Of a stretch of DNA of 64,000 bases, positions 19,603 through 27,307 are shown piece by piece. Every line of letters begins with the position of its first letter. Position 1 is the stretch's first letter. The stretch is taken from the IMG/VR virus record IMGVR_UViG_3300025644_000002; one strand, given 5' to 3'. The position numbers and the translations under genes are program-made. The notes under the pieces are model-generated. The model was not told the DNA's origin and did not search any database. It saw only the letters and a list, made by a program, of their open reading frames with translations. This DNA comes from a virus (lineage: Duplodnaviria; Heunggongvirae; Uroviricota; Caudoviricetes).

Positions 19603-19825
19603 TCCTCACAACTCTTAGCTGTATTTATATCAACGATCCTCGTAGTATAAATGTCGTGTCTGCTTCGGACACGGAAAAAACTAATAATACCCCAAACTAA
19701 CAAATCCCCGAGCTAAAACTGTTTAATCCAGAGGGTTAAACACTTATGACCACGGAGATTTACTTCAAGTTCCCTTATTAGACTAACGAAGGAATCAGAA
19801 TGGGAACTAGTAAGAGTTGTGGGGA
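19603..19825 (+). ncRNA. Retron msr-msd RNA (unit 1)
   Basis: 15-bp a2/a1 inverted repeat TCCTCACAACTCTTA (19603-17)/TAAGAGTTGTGGGGA (19811-25); branching G19618 in TTAGC context opposite G19810; two msr hairpins and msd hairpins. Confidence 0.85.
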
Positions 19826-19869
19826 CTCTATATACAAAATTTCAAAAGTGTGTTAGGTAGGGATTTTTT

Positions 19870-20180
19870 CCTTATCTGCTTTCTTAGTTGAAAGTCTATA
19901 CAAAATAGACGGCGTGGCTGTTTCGGCTACGTAGTAGGTTAACAAAAACCAAACACAACGGACCTTCGGGACCTCGAGAATGCTTTTCGATACGCCAGAA
20001 CAGTCTCCACCGTATTCCACATTTTGTGCGTTAACAACTTGGAAGTTTTTAACCCCCAAAAATGATGGAATGACTACGGAGAACCGTTTTGGCCACGAAA
20101 ATCATTCTCTCGGATCTCAGGAACGTCGTCCCGAAGATTTTATAACAGTAAAATCATCGGTACGTGTGAGAAATCGCAAA
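19870..20180 (+). ncRNA. Second msr-like unit (putative retron RNA unit 2; 3' end uncertain)
   Basis: TCTTAGTTG (G19887), hairpin GTCTAT/ATAGAC, then CGTGGC-TGTTTCG-GCTACG paralleling unit-1 CGTGTC-TGCTTCG-GACACG. Confidence 0.55.
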
Positions 20181-20240
20181 AAAAACGCACTTGCTTGCAG
20201 CGTTGTACAAGGATGTTACGTCCTTGCAGAAAAATAACCC

Positions 20241-20468
20241 GATTCGAACTTAAATGGAAAGAAAGTAAACAAAATGAAAACGCCCAAAAAGAAAAGTGAT
20301 ACATGAAACAACGGAGCGACCACGGGTAAAACCGGGTAGCGAACGGCCCTGAGAAAGGTCCGCTCCCTACCAGCGTTTTACCACAGGTCCCCCGTGTTTC
20401 AAGTACATTTTCTTTTTTCTGGGATTTCCATTTTTCGGTTTACTATCCTTTCCAGACTAATTCGAATC
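20241..20468. repeat. Long imperfect inverted repeat (~70-bp stem) with structured apex
   Basis: Colinear pairings GATTCGAA/TTCGAATC, TGGAAAG/CTTTCCA, AGTAAAC/GTTTACT, AAAAAGAAAA/TTTTCTTTTT, TGAAACA/TGTTTCA. Confidence 0.8.
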
Positions 20469-20962
20469 AAGCCCGACGGCGGCGCCTCCGGAAGAGTACT
20501 GCAGCAGCAGCTGACGCGTACGCCGACACCGGATCCGGATCTCAAATTGGACACGTGTTCGAAAAGGTTCCTCCCACCTGCCGCCCGGCCCAGTCCGCCA
20601 GGGTACCTGGTAAAGAAGACGCCGTAGAAAATGATGGCCGTTAACTAAGGAAGATGCTGACAACTGGTAGGCCTGCTACTCGCCGCGTCGTCATCATCCA
20701 GATCTACGTGATCATACCGACCGGTCAACAGCTGGCGACCGCGACCGTCATCGGCGATCGCTCCGTCGACAGAAGAACCACATGGTGGTGAATTCATCCA
20801 GCCGGCCCACTGGCCAACAAGGCCCCCGGGGCCCGGATGAGCTCGCGTGCCGAGACGTCCACGATTTCGAAGCCTACCTCAGATCGAGCTGATGCCGTTT
20901 AGGCCGCACAGCCTTCAGAGCGCTTCAGGAAATCCCGTCCCCAAAATGGTATACTAGTATAC
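20461..20962. other. GC-rich non-coding island densely packed with restriction-site palindromes
   Basis: 33 six-bp palindromes (28 distinct) counted by hand, plus SfiI, AsiSI and PflMI sites. Confidence 0.85.
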
Positions 20963-21059
20963 TAGATTTGCCCGCCGCTCCGGCCAAAATTCTAGTATAA
21001 TCTGGGAAAAGGTTATTAAAAATATCGGAATACTCCGAGTGTGCAAGCTCAAGTTAAGA

Positions 21060-21094
21060 AAAAGGGTCCGATTTTCGGATCGGTCCTTTTTTTT
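21060..21094 (+). terminator. Rho-independent terminator closing the RT/ncRNA region
   Basis: AAAAGG..CCGA/TCGG..CCTTTT stem followed by a T8 run. Confidence 0.65.
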
Positions 21095-21104
21095 ATCTTA
21101 AAAA

Positions 21105-21120
21105 TTGTTTATATTTAATA
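21105..21120 (+). promoter_or_regulatory. Putative late promoter for glycosyltransferase cluster
   Basis: TTGTTTATATTTAATA followed by AGGA RBS. Confidence 0.5.
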
Positions 21121-21143
21121 AAGGACATAACCAATAATTATAA

Positions 21144-23483
21144 ATGAAACCTAAATTATTTATCTGGAGTGATTTTTTAGTACCGACGGGGTTCGGAATA
21201 GTAGCTGAAAACTTATTTAAAGATTTACACAATTATTATGAAGTATCTATACTAGGTATAAACTACTTTGGAAATACTAAATACGATACTTCTAAATATT
21301 TCGTATACCCTGTAACTAAAGAAGATCCCCTGGGCGGCCAGAAACTGTGTGCCCTTGCACAAGCAGAAAAGCCTGACGTAATATTCTTATTTCAAGATAT
21401 CTTCCATATTTCAGAAATCATTCCCGAATTAAAAAAAGTATTACCAAATACTAAGATAGTATCTTATTTCCCTATAGACGGTACACCTCCTAGCGTGGGA
21501 TGGCAGAAAATATTTGAGCATTCCTCAGCAGTAGTAGCTTACACAGATTGGGCAATTGAAATTTTAAAAGATACTTACGAGATCAAAATACCTATACACA
21601 AATTATACCATGGTGTAAACGAAACTACTTTTTATCCACTACCTTACGATAAAATCCAAGAAATAAGAAAAGACTATAAATGGGCAAATAAGTTTGCTGT
21701 TTGTAATGTTAATAGATTTCAACCACGGAAGTTTATACCCGGAACTGCACGAGCCTTCAGTATGTTTGCAAAAGGGTACAAAGTTTGTAAATGTGGAAAT
21801 CATATGCCTATTAATCGTAAAAAATGCGATTTAAATATGTGTCCTGAAAGTGATATTGTAGAAGTAGTTAAAAGGAATAGACGGGACGTTTATTTGTATT
21901 TACATATGATGTCAGCAGAAATGACTATGGGGCCAGGAGCCGCAAACTTATTACAGAATCACTTATTAAATGCTGGATTTGTAGATAGCGACACTGATGG
22001 GGACGATACTATACTAGGAGTAAATGCTAGGAATATATACAGCGGTGAAGTACCTTCTTCAGAAATTAACAAAATTTATAATGCCTCAAATATTAATATA
22101 TCTTCTACAATAGGGGAAGGAAAACTAAACGAAGGCACCTTAATTTTATGTAGAGATGGGTATAAACGAATAGAGCATGTTACCCCTGAAGATGAAGTAA
22201 TAAATGACGAGGGTAATTGGTCGAAAGTAAAGAAAACATTAGGAACTCCTTTTGATGGAAAAATATATTCCATAACTATGGATGTGTTTTCAAAACCAAT
22301 TCTTTGTTCTCACGATCATCCTTTTTTATTAAAAGATAAAAGTTATAAGCGTGCGGAACTATTGAACGTCGGAGACATAGTAGCTTTACGACGTCCTAAA
22401 TGGAAAAATAAAATTCCAACACAAATAGACTTAGCAGATATGGGACTTCCACACCCTAACTATGAAATAACAGATACCCAAATAAATAGTAAACAACGAA
22501 GAAGTAGTTTGCAAAGGTTCATACCAATAAATGCGGAGATTTTAAAGTTTTTTGGAATTTTCTTAGGATGTGGGCATGTAACAGATAGAGGTATAATGTT
22601 TAATTTTAAACATAGAAAAGCAGAATTATTTGAGTATGTTGATTATATATTTAATAAATATTTTAATGTAGAAGGTTCATATGATGGTACATATTCTGAT
22701 CAAGCTGGCTATGTTAGAATAGCAGCAAAACCTTTATTAAAATTATTTAGACATCTATTTGGAGAAAAAGCATCAGAAAGAACTATTCCTACATATTTTT
22801 TAGCATTAGATAAAGAATTAAGGGGAGAGTTACTAAATGGTATAATGTCTGATGTAATTCACGGACAAAATACTTTATCATATGAAGTTAAGTCTGAAGA
22901 GTTTGCATACTTGTTAAGAGACTTATATTTGAGTACAGGGCTATTAAGCTTTATTAGGGAAGAGAATTACAAATACATCATAACGTTAGTGTTTGACCAA
23001 ACTTCTCATTCTAATATAGAGATGGATAAAGAGTTTGTGTATTTACCTATTGAGAGTATAAGTTCTTCAGATGAATTTTCAAATAGTCCTAAATTTTTAG
23101 GCTATGATTTAGAAGTACCTAATGGAGAATCATATACCTGCGCTCAAGTAACTGTCCATAATTGTGGTTTATCATTAATTGAAGCGGCAGCAACAGGTAC
23201 TCCAAGTATAGCCCCAAAAAATAGCGCTATTCCTGAAATGTTAGGAGACACGGGGCATATAGTACCTAATTTAGCAATATTTAATATGTCTATGGATAAT
23301 GGGCATTTACGCCCAGTGGTAGACCCTTTTGAAATGATGAAAGCTTTAGATATTGAATACAAAAAATGGAAAGAATCCGACAAAGAAAAGGATATTAATC
23401 TAGAGTGTATTAAGAATGTTGAAACTAAATTCAGATGGGAAGATAAAAGAGAAGCTTTACTCAAAATTTTAAAAGAAGTTTAG
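21144..23483 (+). CDS. GT-B (GT4-like) glycosyltransferase interrupted by an intein
   Basis: WSDFLVPTGFG N-terminus, NVNRFQPRK, STIGEG-[intein]-CGLSLIEAAATGTP. Confidence 0.85.
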   Translation: MKPKLFIWSDFLVPTGFGIVAENLFKDLHNYYEVSILGINYFGNTKYDTSKYFVYPVTKEDPLGGQKLCALAQAEKPDVIFLFQDIFHISEIIPELKKVLPNTKIVSYFPIDGTPPSVGWQKIFEHSSAVVAYTDWAIEILKDTYEIKIPIHKLYHGVNETTFYPLPYDKIQEIRKDYKWANKFAVCNVNRFQPRKFIPGTARAFSMFAKGYKVCKCGNHMPINRKKCDLNMCPESDIVEVVKRNRRDVYLYLHMMSAEMTMGPGAANLLQNHLLNAGFVDSDTDGDDTILGVNARNIYSGEVPSSEINKIYNASNINISSTIGEGKLNEGTLILCRDGYKRIEHVTPEDEVINDEGNWSKVKKTLGTPFDGKIYSITMDVFSKPILCSHDHPFLLKDKSYKRAELLNVGDIVALRRPKWKNKIPTQIDLADMGLPHPNYEITDTQINSKQRRSSLQRFIPINAEILKFFGIFLGCGHVTDRGIMFNFKHRKAELFEYVDYIFNKYFNVEGSYDGTYSDQAGYVRIAAKPLLKLFRHLFGEKASERTIPTYFLALDKELRGELLNGIMSDVIHGQNTLSYEVKSEEFAYLLRDLYLSTGLLSFIREENYKYIITLVFDQTSHSNIEMDKEFVYLPIESISSSDEFSNSPKFLGYDLEVPNGESYTCAQVTVHNCGLSLIEAAATGTPSIAPKNSAIPEMLGDTGHIVPNLAIFNMSMDNGHLRPVVDPFEMMKALDIEYKKWKESDKEKDINLECIKNVETKFRWEDKREALLKILKEV
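22122..23162 (+). mobile_element. Intein (347 aa) with degenerate LAGLIDADG domain and Lys at position 1
   Basis: KLNEGTLI block A, CSHDHPF block B, GIFLGCG block C, YDLEV...VTVHN/C blocks F-G. Confidence 0.85.
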
Positions 23484-24326
23484 ATGAATATTTGTCTCTA
23501 TAAGACAACAAATTTGGCACAATGTCCAGATCATTTAGCTTCTGGTATAAATAAGTATTCAGAGCATCGAGCAGTAGTTAGCCAAAATACAAGTATAGGG
23601 GACTTTGTACACTTTAATAATAATTTTGTATTTACTAGAACTCCGTCGTTAATGCACTATCACAGTGAACCTTGGAGAGTGCTTTTAAATTATAAAGGCT
23701 TTAAAGTAGTTAACCCCCAATACCATGCCACTTTACCAGAATATCAAGATTGTATGCCTAGTAAATGGATGTTTATGGATTTAGAAGATAAACAGCTTTA
23801 TAGTCAAAAAATAATAGATTCTAGAATAAAAGTAGGGTATTCACCTAGCACTTTAGAAGGAGTAGATACTTACGATAAAGGAGTTAAAGTTACAACGGCT
23901 GTACTTAAAAAACTTAAAGAAAAATTTCCCGAAGACTTTGATTTTGATATTATATATAACGTATCCTTTGAGGAATGTATGTCTAGAAAAGCTAATTGCA
24001 ATATTATTATTGACGAATGTGTCACTGATAGCTTTCACATGTCTAGTTTTGAGGGATTAGGTTTAGGAAAATTAGTAATATGTTCTATGTCGTCCCAGAT
24101 TTCTAATAATTTATTAAAGATCTCCGGGGCGTCAACTAATCCTATACGAAATGTCTATATAAAGGACTTAGAAAACTTTTTAGAAAATCTTGTAGTAACT
24201 AACCAATTACAAGAAGTTTTAATAGAAGGTGCAAAAAATAGAACTTGGGCAGAGCAGTATTGGGGTCCTCAGGGCATAGTTAATTACTGGATCGATATTT
24301 ATACCACAATTTACTCACAATATTAA
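23484..24326 (+). CDS. Glycosyltransferase-like protein
   Basis: YSPS...KG, EECMSRKANCNIIIDE, SSFEGLGLGKLVI (GT-B C-terminal domain). Confidence 0.65.
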   Translation: MNICLYKTTNLAQCPDHLASGINKYSEHRAVVSQNTSIGDFVHFNNNFVFTRTPSLMHYHSEPWRVLLNYKGFKVVNPQYHATLPEYQDCMPSKWMFMDLEDKQLYSQKIIDSRIKVGYSPSTLEGVDTYDKGVKVTTAVLKKLKEKFPEDFDFDIIYNVSFEECMSRKANCNIIIDECVTDSFHMSSFEGLGLGKLVICSMSSQISNNLLKISGASTNPIRNVYIKDLENFLENLVVTNQLQEVLIEGAKNRTWAEQYWGPQGIVNYWIDIYTTIYSQY

Positions 24327-24327
24327 A

Positions 24328-26199
24328 ATGAATAAAATAAGAATACATATGATTGGTGCTCCGCATCAAAATGTTATTATAAATGATCCACATATAACTA
24401 CAGATCCTTACGTTACTAAAATGTATCTTCTATGTAAAAAGTTTACTGAAGAGGGTCACGAGGTAATATATTATGGAGTAGAGGGGAATGAAATGATTTG
24501 TACTAAAAATATAGAATACATTTCAAAAGAGATGTGGAAAACACATTGTGAAAATAGAGATCCAAATACTTCCTTTGAAGACCATTTATATAAACCCGAA
24601 TCAAAGTTATATAAACATGCGGAAGCTACACTAATTGAAGAAGTTAAAGAAAATTTTAAAGATATTTTAACTGACGTTATTTTAGTGGGATATGGAAATT
24701 GGTCTCCAAAATTAGGAGAATTAAAAGCTATAGGAGCTACCATAGAATATGGTATAGGCTATTTATCTACTTTTGCCGACTACTTATGTTTTGAAAGTAA
24801 CGCCTGGATGAATACTTACTATGGAGTTAATGGGTATATAGACACCAACAAATGGTTTCATTCAGTTATTCCTGGGTATACTGATCCTAAAAATTTTGAA
24901 TTTAAAAAGAAGAAAGAAGATTATTTTCTTTTCTTAGGAAGGTTAGGAGACGCTAAAGGGATGAATGTAGCGGTGCAATTGGCTAAACATTTTAAAACTA
25001 CACTATATGTGGCCGGCAATGGGGATTCTTCTAAACTAAAAGATAAGGAAGGTTTAATTAAATATGTAGGCGTTGCTGCTGGAGATAGAAAAAAAGAATT
25101 ATTAGCTAACGCAACCCTTACTTTTTGTTTAAGTAAATATGTAGAGCCGTTTGGCAACGTGCACATAGAAAGCCTAATGTCTGGGACGCCTGTAGTAACC
25201 ACGGATTGGGGAGTTTATACAGAAACAGTTCCTCATGGAGTTGTAGGCTTTAGAGGAAGAACCTGGGAAGATTTTACTTATGCTATAAGAAATATTAAAG
25301 ATATAGACCCACAAGATTGTAGAGATTGGGCTATTAAACATTTTAGTTTAGAATCTGTATACCCGAAATTTATTGCTTATTTTGAAAAATGTATTTCTCA
25401 TAAATACCTACAGAATGGGTGGTATTTTGATCGATTTTTGGAAAGTGGGCATAAAGATTTTTATACCTATAAACCTTATATAACTAATTATCATAATTAT
25501 TTTAGCGATAAAGCATTAGAGAAATCGCCTGTAGAATTATGCAAATTAAAGAATATAAAAAAGAATCAAGATGTTTGGGTTTTAGGTTCCGGAGCTTCTG
25601 TAGAATATATAGATAAAGAATTTTTTAATAATAAAACTACTATCTGTGTTAACCAATCAGCTTATGCTATAGATAATCCAGAATATATAGTAATAAAGGA
25701 TCCTAATCCGGAAGTCATAGATTATGCAGAAAAAACTAACGCAACTTTATTATTCTCTAATTTTAGAGAAGGCCATTCTAGACATCCACTTAATCAAATA
25801 GATTTAGAAAACTCAATTAGGTATTTCCATAATGAAAATAATATAGAAATCCCAGAAGAGTTTGACTTTAACTTAGATAAACTAATAGTTAGCCAGTCTA
25901 CTATCACTACAGCTATACACTTGGCGGCTTATATGGGTGCTAAAAATATTATTTTAGTGGGCCATGATTGTGGTACCTTAGACGAAGTTACAGAAATAAA
26001 AGAATATAATACTTCCAAAAGGGGTGAGTCAGTAAGAACTAATGAAAAGTATCTTAATTGGTTAAAAACAATAGAAGCTCATACTCTTAATTTAAAAGAA
26101 AAATTAATAAAACATTATGGTGTAAATATTACATCTTTGAATCCATTCATAAACTTTAACCTAGAAGGACATACTTTTAAGACTAGTGAAAAATATTAA
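24328..26199 (+). CDS. GT4 glycosyltransferase fused to Maf/DUF115-like domain
   Basis: FLGRLGDAKG, EPFGNVHIESLMSGTPVVTTD; C-terminal VLGSGAS...TAIHLAAYMGAKNIILVGHD. Confidence 0.8.
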   Translation: MNKIRIHMIGAPHQNVIINDPHITTDPYVTKMYLLCKKFTEEGHEVIYYGVEGNEMICTKNIEYISKEMWKTHCENRDPNTSFEDHLYKPESKLYKHAEATLIEEVKENFKDILTDVILVGYGNWSPKLGELKAIGATIEYGIGYLSTFADYLCFESNAWMNTYYGVNGYIDTNKWFHSVIPGYTDPKNFEFKKKKEDYFLFLGRLGDAKGMNVAVQLAKHFKTTLYVAGNGDSSKLKDKEGLIKYVGVAAGDRKKELLANATLTFCLSKYVEPFGNVHIESLMSGTPVVTTDWGVYTETVPHGVVGFRGRTWEDFTYAIRNIKDIDPQDCRDWAIKHFSLESVYPKFIAYFEKCISHKYLQNGWYFDRFLESGHKDFYTYKPYITNYHNYFSDKALEKSPVELCKLKNIKKNQDVWVLGSGASVEYIDKEFFNNKTTICVNQSAYAIDNPEYIVIKDPNPEVIDYAEKTNATLLFSNFREGHSRHPLNQIDLENSIRYFHNENNIEIPEEFDFNLDKLIVSQSTITTAIHLAAYMGAKNIILVGHDCGTLDEVTEIKEYNTSKRGESVRTNEKYLNWLKTIEAHTLNLKEKLIKHYGVNITSLNPFINFNLEGHTFKTSEKY

Positions 26200-26896
26200 A
26201 AAATTATCAGGTATGCAGGCAGCTTCAGACATATACATATTATGTTCAGGGCCTTCCGCTGATTACCTACAATCTCAATTCCTTAATGATAAAATTGTCA
26301 TAAGTGTAAACGCTTCATACAAGGCTTACGGAACTATAGACATATGCGATTATATAGTTATGCAAGATTATAATTCAGAACTAATTGAGGAAGCCGGGTC
26401 TGGTTTATACGACTGGCCAAAATTAATAATTCCTGAGCATGCGGGCGGGATGAAGACTGCAAAATCTTTTGTTAAATTAGAAGAGCAGCTATTTCCCGAA
26501 TTTAAGGAAAAAAGGTACAACAGGCTATTTTATTATAAACACCAACATAATGTAGGAGTAAATAATAAAAAGCTAGATTGGACTAATAAGGAATATCTAA
26601 CTATAACTAAATGTAGTACTCATACAGCAATGCATTTAGCCGCTCACTTGGGAGCTCATAATATTATTTTAGTGGGCCATGATTTGGGCAGTATAGATGG
26701 AAAATTGAATTATAAAGACTATAAACGTTATGGTAGCAAAGACTCTTATGTAAAATGGATGAAGAACAACGAAAACATAGGGCTAGACACTGTTAAACGT
26801 ATAAGGGGTGCCTATGGTGCATATATTAATATAATGAGCTTAAATCCCTTCCTATCGCCTAATTTAGATGGGCACTCTTATAAATTTCTAGGATAA
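26186..26896 (+). CDS. Maf/DUF115 (MptE-like) glycosyltransferase-fold protein
   Basis: ILCSGPS, VISVN, TAMHLAAHLGAHNIILVGHD; paralogous to the upstream C-terminal domain. Confidence 0.75.
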   Translation: MKNIKKLSGMQAASDIYILCSGPSADYLQSQFLNDKIVISVNASYKAYGTIDICDYIVMQDYNSELIEEAGSGLYDWPKLIIPEHAGGMKTAKSFVKLEEQLFPEFKEKRYNRLFYYKHQHNVGVNNKKLDWTNKEYLTITKCSTHTAMHLAAHLGAHNIILVGHDLGSIDGKLNYKDYKRYGSKDSYVKWMKNNENIGLDTVKRIRGAYGAYINIMSLNPFLSPNLDGHSYKFLG

Positions 26897-26908
26897 AAAA
26901 AAGACCCT

Positions 26909-27109
26909 CTATTCGAGGGCCTCATCTATTACTGAATCAAAATATCAAATTGTGATAATAGGCTTACCAAATTTATCGTAAGTAAACTCAGTGAATCTAT
27001 CTTCCACTAAGTAACGAGGGTTATTTATAATATCCTCGTATTCAGCCTTTTCAGACTCATAGTTAAGGCGAAAAGTGCCTACTTTTTTCTTTCCAAAAAA
27101 ACTAACCAT
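26909..27109 (-). CDS. Small hypothetical protein, 66 aa (one TGA at 26945)
   Basis: MVSFFGKK...FGKPIITI-W-YFD; TAATG-type coupling. Confidence 0.5.
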
Positions 27110-27300
27110 TAGCCACCCCATCTTTTACGATCATTGGCTGCTAAATCTTCTATCCCCATATCTTGGGGGTCATGGTCTAAATGTTCCCAACCATCTTCTG
27201 CTAATTTTTCTAAATCAGTAGTTTCCTCATAAGGGATTCTTTTTATTTCATTAGTTTTTATGTTTCTAAAAACTTCGTATGTTCCATATTTTTCCATCAT
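27109..27300 (-). CDS. Small hypothetical protein
   Basis: GGAG RBS, 63 aa. Confidence 0.55.
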   Translation of the reverse strand: MMEKYGTYEVFRNIKTNEIKRIPYEETTDLEKLAEDGWEHLDHDPQDMGIEDLAANDRKRWGG

Positions 27301-27307
27301 ATTCTCC

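Noticed and set aside
19853-20663. Track ORFs 19853..20059, 19980..20237, 20394..20627 and 20457..20663 as genes
   Set aside because: They overlap the structured RNA and palindrome island, have no clear RBS or recognisable motifs, and their composition differs from real genes
20420-21012. Long-range pairing GGGATTTCC (20421)/GGAAATCCC (20928) and CCTTTCCAGA/TCTGGGAAAAGG enclosing the island
   Set aside because: The matching blocks are not in colinear antiparallel order and compete with the stronger 20241-20468 stem; may be chance
19595-21100. CRISPR array
   Set aside because: No regularly spaced identical direct repeats with unique spacers and no cas genes in the window
22122-23162. Class 3 intein assignment
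   Set aside because: Lacks the block B Trp and block F Cys of the Trp-Cys-Thr signature
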